Assembly: GCA_030550585.1 (NCBI GenBank)
Contig: JAUQPB010000001.1
Location: 288,001 to 352,000 of the forward strand
Length of the DNA: 64,000 nt
Reading direction: 5' to 3'
Origin: Thermoproteota archaeon
GTDB lineage: Archaea > Thermoproteota > Thermoprotei_A > Sulfolobales > Ignisphaeraceae
Shown here: piece after piece, positions 40,246-50,284 of the stretch
Layout: the number at the start of each line of letters is the position of its first letter
How positions within the stretch are numbered: position 1 is the stretch's first letter
Position numbers and translations under genes: made by a program
Notes under the pieces: model-generated
What the model was told of the DNA's origin: nothing
Databases searched by the model: none
The model's input: the letters and a program-made list of their open reading frames with translations, nothing else

Positions 40246-41409
40246 TTAAAATAGCTTGTATAGTTCTAGTAAAATGTTTATCAACATCTTTTCATGTTTA
40301 TCGAAATACTCTAGGTTTTTTACTTCGAATTCAATAGTTCGATGCCTTGTCAATAGACTTATAATACGACCGTAAATTGAATTAGAAATGGTTTCCCACA
40401 AAAGCTTCTTTATGTAGTATTGTCTTCTAAGCTCTTTAGCCATGTTGTATAAACTATTCACAGCTTTTCTATCCTCTCTAATGACCAAATCTGGCAACAT
40501 TTTTGATGTAGAAGATATTGCATATAGACCTCCTCCACTAATGCTCTTTACCATAGCTACTGCATCTCCTATACAAATACTTTTGTCTTTTTTACTAAAG
40601 AATTCAATTGGATAGCCTATTAGCACGTTACCCCCATAGAAACCGCTGGTGTGCTCTTTTACATCAAACCCAACCACGTTGCTGAAGAATTTGACAACCT
40701 TTGTGTATATAGCTAGTGATGGAAATCCCTCACCAGCATAGCCTATAACAGCCTTTCCATCGCTGAATGGCACAAGCCATGCAAACCCATATCCAAATAT
40801 ATGCGGATCTATGTAAACATATAGAGTGTGTTCATCGGGCAAGGCCCCTCTTATAACATAATCCCTTTGAATTGCATGCAAGGAAGTAGAAAAGGATTTG
40901 CATCCAATTTTTGCTGAAAGCGTACCAGGATAGCCTTCAGCTACAACAACCTTGTCAAAGAGTTGTCTTTTAGCCGTAGCATTATTTCGATCATAAATCT
41001 CCACCTCAGCGCCGGCAGATTCTTCATTAATTTCTAAGACCGTTGACAGGGGATTTATTGACACGCCCAAATCTTTTATGTGTTGAATCAATGCAATTTC
41101 ATGTGCATATCTATCGATTTTATAGGCAACAAATCCTCTAAAACGAATATTGATTTGCGAGATCTTTCCATGTATACCGAGATAGAAGGCAACGTTATTG
41201 TATCTGCCGACGACAAAGTTGTTTGCATATGGCATATTCTCCAATGTGAGCCTTGATACAATACCTGTGCAATGCGCTCTTGGAAAGCTATCTCTTCTTT
41301 CAAATATGGTAACATTAACACCTTTTGTTATTAAATGATATGCTGAGAGCAAACCTGAAATTCCTGCTCCAATAACAGCTACATCCATTAAAATCATCTC
41401 TGTCAACAT
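40246..41409 (-). CDS. FAD-dependent oxidoreductase, geranylgeranyl reductase-like
   Basis: GAGISG, CTG, FAWLVP and GDA..VK..SGGG motifs. Confidence 0.82.
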   Translation of the reverse strand: MLTEMILMDVAVIGAGISGLLSAYHLITKGVNVTIFERRDSFPRAHCTGIVSRLTLENMPYANNFVVGRYNNVAFYLGIHGKISQINIRFRGFVAYKIDRYAHEIALIQHIKDLGVSINPLSTVLEINEESAGAEVEIYDRNNATAKRQLFDKVVVAEGYPGTLSAKIGCKSFSTSLHAIQRDYVIRGALPDEHTLYVYIDPHIFGYGFAWLVPFSDGKAVIGYAGEGFPSLAIYTKVVKFFSNVVGFDVKEHTSGFYGGNVLIGYPIEFFSKKDKSICIGDAVAMVKSISGGGLYAISSTSKMLPDLVIREDRKAVNSLYNMAKELRRQYYIKKLLWETISNSIYGRIISLLTRHRTIEFEVKNLEYFDKHEKMLINILLELYKLF

Positions 41410-41584
41410 TTTCGTTTTAAACCAGAGATAAGAGGTTAAGAGGTTTAGCTTTATTCTATTGCAACCCCAATCGATTTAATAGCAACAATTATATTACAGA
41501 TTAAAGTAACTTTCATTACAATATTTCAAGTAATAAATAAATTATACTATGCAATGCTAGAAACAGTATTCGAGGGATTGGTAT

Positions 41585-43315
41585 ATGAAGATAATTGATA
41601 TGGTATCAACCTTAGCCAACAACTTTTCCATTATTGAAATGAAAGAGGTTGTAGCTACCCTAGCTAAGTTCCACAGGATACAGGGATCCGATGAACTTAG
41701 ATACGCTGCAGAGTATATCTATAACACCTTGAGACAGCTCAGCACATTTGATGTAAGAAAACATGTTTTTTCATATGGAGAATCCTATGGTTTACACGAC
41801 CCAGTTGCAGGGTGGAATTTAAGTAAATGCGAAGCTGAAGTCATAGAGCCTACACATATACTTCTCTCATCATTTCTCTACACCAAAAATTGTGCTGTTG
41901 CCCATTCCCCACCAGGCACTGTGGAAGGCGAAGTAATATACGTGGGCAAAGGCGATAATGAATCTCTATTGAATGAGGATAAAGTAAGAAACAAGATTGT
42001 TCTAAGCTATGGCAATCCATATATTGTCTACACAAGATTTTCAAAAGCTGGAGCCATAGGGTTCTTATTCTACAAGAGAGGTATCAACGACTCGGCTACT
42101 CCCTACCTATCACTTTTTCTTACACCAGCCGAGGCATCAAATTATACGGCCCCTGCTGTTGCCATACCGAGAAAAAATGCTAACAAGATTCTGTCTTATT
42201 TAGAGAGGGGAGAGAAAGTTGTTGTGAGAATAGATGTCGAATCTAAGTTTGTATCAAATGCTGACATTGTTGTGGTAGAGGCATCACTCAACGATAATGA
42301 TTACGCCGAGGAGATGCATATATTTGCTCATTATTGCCACCCCAGTCATGAGATAAACGACAATGTAAGTGGAGCAGCAACACTAATAGAAACAGTTTTA
42401 TCTTTAGACAGGCTGATTTCCAAGGGCTACATAAAGCACATTGCTAAAAAAGGCATATCTTTTTTATGGTTCCCAGAATACTATGGTACATTACCATTTC
42501 TTATGAAGAGGGTTCTTGATGAGAAAAAATACATCTCTTTTGGAATAAATCTAGATATGATTGGCGAAAAACAAGAAATAACTAAATCGACTCTGAACCT
42601 CGTACTCCCACCCTACTTCATCTCGAATCCCGTATACGAATCGCTCATAACAAAGATACTAATTGATGTGCTATCAACAAACAACCCATCCTTCAACAAA
42701 GTGGCTAATATCATTAGATACAGATTCGATATACTACCATACGAAGGTGGTAGCGATCATGACATATACCTGCAATTCTCAATACCATCAGTCATGCTAA
42801 ACCAATGGCCTGACATATATTATCATACAGACGAGGACGATATACACAAATTAGATTTTGAAATTGCTAAAGCAATTGGAACTTCGATAGGCGTTTTCTC
42901 GTGGATAGTACTAGCCGATCTACCAAAAGAATCTTTTCTTGACGCGTATAAAAGTTTCAGAAATGGGTATAGCAGACTCAAGCTATGTGACACAAATAGC
43001 AATTTGCAAGTCGAAAGCTTTGGGGACAATCATAATGAAAAATATGTGTATGTAGGACCTAAGGGTGTCCTAAGCCTAAGATATATAATGCGAAGACTTC
43101 ACAACAAGCTTGAAGAAATAATGAAGCTGACAGAAGACGATTTTACAAACTTCTTGCTCACAAGATACATACCGTTACTACTTATGATCAAACCACGTAC
43201 TATAGATGAAATAAGAGAAGGTATTTGGAATGAATACTGCAAAGACGTTGACCCTAGAACACTATGGAAGATAATCAATATATTAAAAGAGTTGAATCTT
43301 GTGAAGCCTATTTGA
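41585..43315 (+). CDS. M28-like metallopeptidase with PA domain (DUF4910-like)
   Basis: HYCHP, NDNVSG, PE, LDMIG, GSDH and YHT motifs. Confidence 0.8.
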   Translation: MKIIDMVSTLANNFSIIEMKEVVATLAKFHRIQGSDELRYAAEYIYNTLRQLSTFDVRKHVFSYGESYGLHDPVAGWNLSKCEAEVIEPTHILLSSFLYTKNCAVAHSPPGTVEGEVIYVGKGDNESLLNEDKVRNKIVLSYGNPYIVYTRFSKAGAIGFLFYKRGINDSATPYLSLFLTPAEASNYTAPAVAIPRKNANKILSYLERGEKVVVRIDVESKFVSNADIVVVEASLNDNDYAEEMHIFAHYCHPSHEINDNVSGAATLIETVLSLDRLISKGYIKHIAKKGISFLWFPEYYGTLPFLMKRVLDEKKYISFGINLDMIGEKQEITKSTLNLVLPPYFISNPVYESLITKILIDVLSTNNPSFNKVANIIRYRFDILPYEGGSDHDIYLQFSIPSVMLNQWPDIYYHTDEDDIHKLDFEIAKAIGTSIGVFSWIVLADLPKESFLDAYKSFRNGYSRLKLCDTNSNLQVESFGDNHNEKYVYVGPKGVLSLRYIMRRLHNKLEEIMKLTEDDFTNFLLTRYIPLLLMIKPRTIDEIREGIWNEYCKDVDPRTLWKIINILKELNLVKPI

Positions 43316-43423
43316 TATGTGAAGGATTGTTGCAGATCATTTTCTCTTTAATTTTCAAGATGAATTAGAGGCAAACACCTTAATTAAGATGTTGCTCTTC
43401 ATTGTAATCTGATATCACTAGCT

Positions 43424-44167
43424 CTAGGAAATGCTGCCACATACAGGGCAACGTGGATTGCGCTTGATTTCTATGCTTCTAAACTCCATTGAGTAGAGAT
43501 CTACTATCAGAAGTCTGCCGTAGAGAGGGTGACCAGTATTTGTAATGAGTTTTATTGCTTCGGCTGCTTGTAGAGCTCCTAAAACACCTGGCGTAACACC
43601 TATAACAGGCAGAGGATTTCTAACATCGCTTCTTCTGGTCTGTCTTAGAGGTCTTATGCAGTATAGACACGGTGTTTTGCCCGGTATTATTGTTGTGATT
43701 TGTCCATACCATCCCTCTACCCCTGCATGAATCATTGGTTTTCCGTACTTGACGCAAAGCTCATTTAAGAGAAGCCTGTCATCCCAGTTATCCAATGCAT
43801 CTACAACTACATCAGCTATTTTCACAATTTTCTCTCCGAATTCTCTGTCAAATGCTCTATTGTAACACTCCACTTGTATTTTAGGATAGATTTCTTTAAT
43901 TTTCTCACATGCCACCATAGCCTTGGGTTTTCCAATATCAGAATCTTTATATAGAATCTGTCTATTGAGATTGGATAACTCTACATACTCCCTGTCAACA
44001 ACTATTAGTCTACCAACACCTGCATAGGCTAGATATGTTAGCACTGCCGAGCCAAGTCCGCCAGCACCAACAACTAAAACAGTTGCATTTTTCAGCTTCT
44101 CCTGCCCCTCTACACCAAGCAGTCTTATCTGCCTATCATATCTAGAAATCTCGTATTCGTCTAACAT
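43424..44167 (-). CDS. moeB: ThiF/MoeB/UbaA E1-like adenylyltransferase
   Basis: RYDRQ, GAGGLG, SNLNRQ, CLYC and CPVC motifs. Confidence 0.9.
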   Translation of the reverse strand: MLDEYEISRYDRQIRLLGVEGQEKLKNATVLVVGAGGLGSAVLTYLAYAGVGRLIVVDREYVELSNLNRQILYKDSDIGKPKAMVACEKIKEIYPKIQVECYNRAFDREFGEKIVKIADVVVDALDNWDDRLLLNELCVKYGKPMIHAGVEGWYGQITTIIPGKTPCLYCIRPLRQTRRSDVRNPLPVIGVTPGVLGALQAAEAIKLITNTGHPLYGRLLIVDLYSMEFRSIEIKRNPRCPVCGSIS

Positions 44168-44287
44168 ATTTTCACAGCCCGTTGTTCACAAACCTTTCTA
44201 CAGAGGTATTTGGTTTGTTATTCATCATAGCTTAAATTTTTATTACGTTTCAACAAAAATTGAAATGCTGTGTCTATGTGATAGTAC

Positions 44288-45886
44288 ATGATTTTTGTTG
44301 GGACCCTTGAAATAGTATTTAATAAGCCTTTAAGTAATGAAATGCTCAAGGATGTTGAAAATCTAGTTGAATTTCTCAATAGAGACTATCTTAAGAGGGG
44401 GGCTAAGAGACCAGAAGATGCTGCAACAATAAAAGAGTATAGCATATCATCAAATATTATATCAATGAGAATAGAGACGGGCAGTAGGGTTAGACCAGAC
44501 GAGGCCTCGCTTCGTATAAAAAACGCTTTTGCAAATAATCTAGGGCCTAAGTACAAGATCGGCGTTCGCGACATTATTTTAAAGAATGTTAAAATAGTTA
44601 TAGAAGGTAAGATTAGCATATCATTGAAGTTACCATTCATTCGAAATATTAGTGTAGAAGGAGACAAGAGTGTAATTGAGCTTTCAGAACTTCATGAAGA
44701 AGATTTGAAGAAGCCTCTGTTTCTGCGTCTACTCAGATTAATAGAGGAGAAGGAGAAAAGAATAAAGTGGGGTGGTAAAGCTGAGCACTGGATTCTTATA
44801 AAAAGCAGTGGTGCCAAGATTGAAAAGCCGGTAGTTGAGGATCCAAATAAGATCTTAGAGGACATCGGATGGATAAAGAGAATGAGCATAGGACAGTGGC
44901 TCTATACACCACCAATAACACATCTTCTAAATGCTCTCAAAAAACTGTTTTTAGATGAGGTTGTAAAACCGCTGGGCTTTCAGGAGGCAGTATTTCCAAA
45001 GATGTATCCACTTGAAGTTGGCTTGAAAACAGGCCACTTAAGAGGTGTTATAAACTCTATGGTGTTTGCTTCATTGCCAAGAAGCTATGATATTTCGGAA
45101 TATGAAGAGCTTATAGACAGTATGTATGTAATGGATGAGGTTGAGCCTCAAGAACTCCAAAAATATTTGAGACCCCCATCCTACTTTCTATGTTTTGCTC
45201 AATGCGAGCCGTTCTACTGGTTTTTCGAGAATGAAATAGTTGATGACTCGATCCTACCAGTGAAATGGTTTGATATGAGCGGACCGTCATTTAGATGGGA
45301 ATCTGGAGGAATACATGGTATTGAGAGAGTTATAGAGTTTCATAGAATAGAGATTGTGTGGCTAGGCAAACCAGAGCAGGTTATAGACATTAGGAACAAG
45401 CTTTTAGAAAACTATGAGAAGTTCATGGACAAGGTCCTAGATCTAGAATGGAGAATGGCGTGGGTAACACCATGGTTCTATGAGCAGAGCGGTGTTGTAG
45501 AGGAGGAGCAGAGAGAGATAAACATCAATGTGCCAGGAACTATAGACTTTGAGGCATGGCTTCCATACAAGGGGCCTAGAGAAGACAATAAAAATTGGCT
45601 TGAGATAGGAAATATCTCTATTCACGGCACAAAATTCACAGAGCCTTTTAGAATAAAGCATAACAAAGGCGAGACACTCTGGACTGGTTGCTCTGGCTTT
45701 GGAAGTGAAAGATGGCTTCTAGCATTGCTAGCGCAAAAAGGTTTTGACATTGATAAATGGCCTAAAAAATTTGTAGAATATGTCAAAGAAACCCCATTTC
45801 CACAATCAATATATACTGTAAGCTATCCAAAAACAAAAGAGGGGAAGCAACTTCTAGAGAAGATAATATCTCAATTCAAATGGTGA
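44288..45886 (+). CDS. serS: Type-2 (methanogen-type) serine--tRNA ligase
   Basis: N-domain LKRGA...GSRVR...LGPKYKIGVR; AQCEPF, RWESGG..GIERV.EFHRIE and WTGCSG (Zn-ligand Cys/Glu/Cys). Confidence 0.88.
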   Translation: MIFVGTLEIVFNKPLSNEMLKDVENLVEFLNRDYLKRGAKRPEDAATIKEYSISSNIISMRIETGSRVRPDEASLRIKNAFANNLGPKYKIGVRDIILKNVKIVIEGKISISLKLPFIRNISVEGDKSVIELSELHEEDLKKPLFLRLLRLIEEKEKRIKWGGKAEHWILIKSSGAKIEKPVVEDPNKILEDIGWIKRMSIGQWLYTPPITHLLNALKKLFLDEVVKPLGFQEAVFPKMYPLEVGLKTGHLRGVINSMVFASLPRSYDISEYEELIDSMYVMDEVEPQELQKYLRPPSYFLCFAQCEPFYWFFENEIVDDSILPVKWFDMSGPSFRWESGGIHGIERVIEFHRIEIVWLGKPEQVIDIRNKLLENYEKFMDKVLDLEWRMAWVTPWFYEQSGVVEEEQREININVPGTIDFEAWLPYKGPREDNKNWLEIGNISIHGTKFTEPFRIKHNKGETLWTGCSGFGSERWLLALLAQKGFDIDKWPKKFVEYVKETPFPQSIYTVSYPKTKEGKQLLEKIISQFKW

Positions 45887-45893
45887 TTAAAAC

Positions 45894-46574
45894 ATGGGCT
45901 TACTATATCAAGAAGCTGTAAAGAGACCGTTGCTGCAGATAGCATTAGATCTTATAGATTTGAATACAGCTATAGATATCGCCACAAAGTCTGTGAATGC
46001 CGATGTTGATATCGTAGAGATTGGAACTCCGCTGGTAAAATCCTTTGGATTGTATGCTCTACGAGAGATAAGGAAGATTGCAAAAGATAAAATTGTTTTA
46101 GCAGATCTGAAGACTGTTGATGCTATGGCCCTTGAATTCAATCCATATGCAAATGAAGGTGCCAATGCTGTTACAATTCTTGGAATCGTAGAAGATGATA
46201 TAATAAAAGATGCTGTAGAGCTTTGTAAGAGCCTCGGAGTAGATCTAGTTGTTGATTTAATATATGTTCAAAACCCTGTTGATAGGGCATTTAGGCTGGC
46301 AAGCTATGGAGTGAATATAGTTAATCTACATATAGGAGTTGATGTACAGAGAAAAAGAGGTTTGTCTGCAAGGCAATTACTACATGAGGTAGAGGAAATA
46401 TCCCAAAGCGATATCATAGTGTCTGTAGCGGGCGGTATAAAGCATGTTGATATAGATACATTTATTCAAAGCGGTGCAAAAATAATAGTGATGGGTTCTG
46501 CGCTAACGAAAAGTCCTGATCCGTATGAGGCTACTAAGAAAGCTGTTGAAATAATTAGACGGCGATATACATAG
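45894..46574 (+). CDS. 3-hexulose-6-phosphate synthase (HUMPS/OMPDC family)
   Basis: LQIALD, EIGTP, DLKTVD, HIGVDVQ and VAGGI motifs. Confidence 0.85.
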   Translation: MGLLYQEAVKRPLLQIALDLIDLNTAIDIATKSVNADVDIVEIGTPLVKSFGLYALREIRKIAKDKIVLADLKTVDAMALEFNPYANEGANAVTILGIVEDDIIKDAVELCKSLGVDLVVDLIYVQNPVDRAFRLASYGVNIVNLHIGVDVQRKRGLSARQLLHEVEEISQSDIIVSVAGGIKHVDIDTFIQSGAKIIVMGSALTKSPDPYEATKKAVEIIRRRYT

Positions 46575-46626
46575 TGTTATAACGGTTAAGGTATTAATTC
46601 AATAAAGTCTTTAACTATCTTTATAG

Positions 46627-46983
46627 GTGATGAAGCTGTCGATAAATGCAGATGAGATGAAAAAGAAGATAATAGATATTTTGAGAAATATTTACGACCC
46701 AGAAATACCAATTAATGTTTACGACCTTGGACTAGTCTATTCGATAAACATTGACGGGAATAAAATAGATGTTATAGTAGGTCTAACATCTCCGTTTTGC
46801 CCAGTAGCACATCTCGTTGCTAAACAGGTTGAGGATGCTTTAAAGGATGCGTTTCCAGATAAAGAAGTTCATGTTAAATTGGATCTTGAGAGAGTTTGGG
46901 ATCCTTCAATGATGACTGAAGAGGGGAAGAAACTATTTAAGATATTGTATGGTTATGACCCTTCTGAGCTCATTCAAAAGTAG
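46627..46983 (+). CDS. DUF59/SufT-type metal-sulfur cluster assembly factor
   Basis: DPEIPINVYDLGLVY and LTSPFCP motifs. Confidence 0.92.
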   Translation: MMKLSINADEMKKKIIDILRNIYDPEIPINVYDLGLVYSINIDGNKIDVIVGLTSPFCPVAHLVAKQVEDALKDAFPDKEVHVKLDLERVWDPSMMTEEGKKLFKILYGYDPSELIQK

Positions 46984-47039
46984 CATTAACGTTTTTATTA
47001 GAGCTATAGCTATAGAGATTCTTGTGCAAGGTGCTAAAA

Positions 47040-47642
47040 ATGTCCTATGAAAGATTAGTAACGGGGGCAACAGCTGTTGGCATCAAGACTGATTCTGGTG
47101 TGGTTCTAGGAGCTGAAAGAAGAATTAGCTATGGAGGATACATTGTCAGCAGAGCAGGTAAAAAGGTCTTTAGAATAGGGGATAGAATGGCCATGGCTGC
47201 CGCTGGCCTTGTCGGCGATATGCAGACATTGCATAGAATATTAAATGCTGAGATAATGTACAGAGAGTTGATTACATCATCTAAAATGAGTGTTAGAGCT
47301 GCCGCCAAGCTTCTTTCAGCAATTTTATACAGCTATAAGCTAATGCCATTTATATCTGAAATAATTTTTGGAGGACATGACGAAAATGGTTATCATCTCT
47401 ATGTTCTAGATCCTGTAGGCTCTGTAATCGAAGACGACTATGCTGCTGTGGGAACAGGAGCACCAATATCTATAGGCATAATAGAAGCTGAATACAAGAA
47501 GGAACTAAGCATAGAGAACGCAATGGAGCTTGCAATTAAAGCTATAAAAGCTGCTATATCAAGAGATGCTGTCTCCGGCGACGGCATTGATGTTATTGCT
47601 ATAACGAAGAACGGTTTTGTGGAGAAGAGTATAACTCTATAA
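47040..47642 (+). CDS. psmB: Proteasome beta subunit (probably non-catalytic)
   Basis: TG-ATAVG, AERR, GLVGD, DPVGS and RDAVSG motifs; ATG at 47040. Confidence 0.92.
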   Translation: MSYERLVTGATAVGIKTDSGVVLGAERRISYGGYIVSRAGKKVFRIGDRMAMAAAGLVGDMQTLHRILNAEIMYRELITSSKMSVRAAAKLLSAILYSYKLMPFISEIIFGGHDENGYHLYVLDPVGSVIEDDYAAVGTGAPISIGIIEAEYKKELSIENAMELAIKAIKAAISRDAVSGDGIDVIAITKNGFVEKSITL

Positions 47643-47656
47643 CGCTGAGAATAGTA

Positions 47657-48313
47657 ATGAAATTCCTGATAGAAAATGCTAAAAGAGCGCAGACTTTTCT
47701 AAGCTCACGTATCTGCATAACTTCTTTGGGTACTGATATAAATAATGTGAATGTTGTTGGAGGAGCTGATGTTAGCTACAAAAAAGATTGGGGCTGCGCA
47801 ACAGCTGTAGCATATAACATTAAAAGTGATAGCATTTTATCATATGCAACATATTGTGACAAGGTTTCTATACCCTATATACCAGGTTTCCTAGCTTTTA
47901 GAGAGGCCCCTCTAATAATCAAGGCTCTAAATAAATTACTGAACAAAGTTCACATAGAGGTTCTATTCATTAATGGTCATGGTCTCGCCCACCCAAGAAA
48001 ATTTGGCATAGCCTCGCACATAGGCCTGATCTTCAACATGCCTTCAATTGGTATAGCAAAGAATTTGCTCTATGGAGACATAGTTTTGCGTGATAATAGA
48101 GAGGCTATAGTTGTCGAGAACACCGTTGTTGGCTATGTTCTTGTCATCAACTCGCACAGGATATATGTAACCATAGGCCATAGAATAACAGCTGATGAAG
48201 CGGCGAGCCTTGCTATGAGGACATGGAAAAAGGGTTATGCGTTACCTGAACCAATAAGATTAGCAGATGAAATATCGCGAAAAGAGGTTAAAAAATCAGC
48301 AGCAAATCTTTGA
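47657..48313 (+). CDS. nfi: Endonuclease V
   Basis: GADVSY, PYIPGFLAFRE, GHG.AHPR, GIAK and PEPIRLAD motifs. Confidence 0.92.
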   Translation: MKFLIENAKRAQTFLSSRICITSLGTDINNVNVVGGADVSYKKDWGCATAVAYNIKSDSILSYATYCDKVSIPYIPGFLAFREAPLIIKALNKLLNKVHIEVLFINGHGLAHPRKFGIASHIGLIFNMPSIGIAKNLLYGDIVLRDNREAIVVENTVVGYVLVINSHRIYVTIGHRITADEAASLAMRTWKKGYALPEPIRLADEISRKEVKKSAANL

Positions 48314-50284
48314 ACCCATGTCTTCGCTTGCCTCATAACCTTTAAAACTATTCACAAGATCCCTTGCTTCAGGGCTGGCCAGCACCTCAATAAATCTCTG
48401 TATAAACTCTTTTTCCATACTTCTAGCATTTATTGCAAAGTCGTAGAGCTCCCAAGTCAGTGGTATATAGTCTAGGCCATAGCTTTTAGCTGCATACTCA
48501 CTGCAAATACCAACATCAGCTCTATTCTGGGCAATTGCAGCTGCCACACCACTATGTGTAGAAACCTCATACCAATATCCATTAACCCTTCTAGTTAAAT
48601 CATTGAAGCTTAGCCCAAGCTGCTTAGAAAGATCCATAAACAGTTTGTCGATGTAGGCCCTTGTTCCAGAGCCCCTATTCCTATTGACAAACCTTATATC
48701 ATCTCTTAGCACATCATCAAATCCTTTAATGTTTTTAGGGTTACCCTTTCTAAACGCTAATACCAATCTTCTTTTGTAACCCCTTATCAGAACTGCACTA
48801 CTCTTTAATTTTTCATCGTTTTTTATGAACGGTACATTGTATTCGCCGGAGACATGGTCGAAAAGATGGATTGGTGCAATATCTATGTAGCCTTTTCTGA
48901 GGAGATCAAGCCCCTTATAAGACCCTATAAAACTCAGAGAAGTTTTTTGAATTAAATTGAATCTAGATAGCAATATAGTTAACAATATATCGTGGCTCCC
49001 GGCTATTACAGCCTCCTTATCCCTTTCACCAACTGGTATAACCTCTATTTCTTCCCCCTCTTCAATATAGTCCTTTTCCTCTCTCAACACAGCTATACCA
49101 TCTGCTTTTAACAATGATGAGACGCTGCCTGAGGAAGACGATAACAGAATTGCGTATCTTCTTCCGCCAACAAAACTTAGAATCACTGGGGCATACCATG
49201 TTCTTCCAATGTCTTTTCTCACCTTGAATGTTGTCAAGGCCTTGACGAACTTGATTGTTGGTTCCAAACCTTCAAGTCTTTCCAAGACGGGTCTAAGAAA
49301 TGTTGCCGCAATTGTGAGCGCTGAGAGTGGGAAACCTGGTAAGCCAAATAAGAGCTTGCCCTCTCTTGTTACAGCTACAACCGTCGGTTTTCCAGGTTTT
49401 ACCTTAAGTCCGTGAACAATTATTTCCCCTAGCTTCTCAAATACCTTGTAGGTCACATCTTCTTCGCCTGCTGAAGTCCCTCCTGATGTAACAATAACAT
49501 CGTATTTGCCTATCAAACTGCCTAGCACTGCATACACATCGTCTTCGTTATCAGGTAATATGCCATGGTATTCAGCTTCAACACCAATAGACTGCAGATA
49601 AGATGTTACTGCATAGCCATTACTATCATAGATTTTTCCTATGGCCAGATCCTTTCCGGGTGATTCCAATTCATTGCCAATAGATACAACAGCGACTTTA
49701 GGCTTTCTATATACCTTCACATGCTTAATTCCCAAAGCGGCTAAAACCCCTATCTCTAGATATGAGAGCCTCGAGCCTCTATGTAACACTATCTCGCCAA
49801 GTGCTATATCGCTTCCTGCATATGATATGTTTTCCCCTGGGAAAATACCCCTGTATATTGTTACCTCATCGTTTTCCCTATCTACGTACTCCTCCATTAC
49901 AATACCATCTGCACCCCTAGGCACAATCGCACCAGTATCTATAGCAACTGCAACCCCCTCACCAATTTCTATTGATGGGGCCTCACCTATAGAGATTTTA
50001 CCAATAACCTTTAACTTTACTGGGTGGAGCTCATCAGCTCCTTCCACAGATTTTATGGAGACCGCATATCCGTCGACTTCAGATCTATCAAAAGGTGGAT
50101 AGTCTATTGGAGCAAGAATGTCTTCAGCCAACACCCTGTTATAGGCATAAGATATATCTACAGTTTCTATACCAAGAGGCTTCAACAAGTTCAGTTTTTC
50201 AAGTCTTGAAATAGCATCCTCTATAGACAGCAAAGTGTGGAATATCTTTCTTTTTTTATAACCCTTCACAGTATTTTCACCCAT
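48296..50284 (-). CDS. moeA: Molybdopterin molybdenumtransferase MoeA fused to a PBP domain
   Basis: PPFDRS.VDGYA, SGGTSAG and KPGKPT motifs; C-terminal GSHD...NRNRGSGTR. Confidence 0.93.
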   Translation of the reverse strand: MGENTVKGYKKRKIFHTLLSIEDAISRLEKLNLLKPLGIETVDISYAYNRVLAEDILAPIDYPPFDRSEVDGYAVSIKSVEGADELHPVKLKVIGKISIGEAPSIEIGEGVAVAIDTGAIVPRGADGIVMEEYVDRENDEVTIYRGIFPGENISYAGSDIALGEIVLHRGSRLSYLEIGVLAALGIKHVKVYRKPKVAVVSIGNELESPGKDLAIGKIYDSNGYAVTSYLQSIGVEAEYHGILPDNEDDVYAVLGSLIGKYDVIVTSGGTSAGEEDVTYKVFEKLGEIIVHGLKVKPGKPTVVAVTREGKLLFGLPGFPLSALTIAATFLRPVLERLEGLEPTIKFVKALTTFKVRKDIGRTWYAPVILSFVGGRRYAILLSSSSGSVSSLLKADGIAVLREEKDYIEEGEEIEVIPVGERDKEAVIAGSHDILLTILLSRFNLIQKTSLSFIGSYKGLDLLRKGYIDIAPIHLFDHVSGEYNVPFIKNDEKLKSSAVLIRGYKRRLVLAFRKGNPKNIKGFDDVLRDDIRFVNRNRGSGTRAYIDKLFMDLSKQLGLSFNDLTRRVNGYWYEVSTHSGVAAAIAQNRADVGICSEYAAKSYGLDYIPLTWELYDFAINARSMEKEFIQRFIEVLASPEARDLVNSFKGYEASEDMGSKICC

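Noticed and set aside
43357-43412. AAGATGA...CTTA...AAGATGT...CTGA C/D-like pattern
   Set aside because: Non-canonical C boxes and AT-rich guides; plausibly chance
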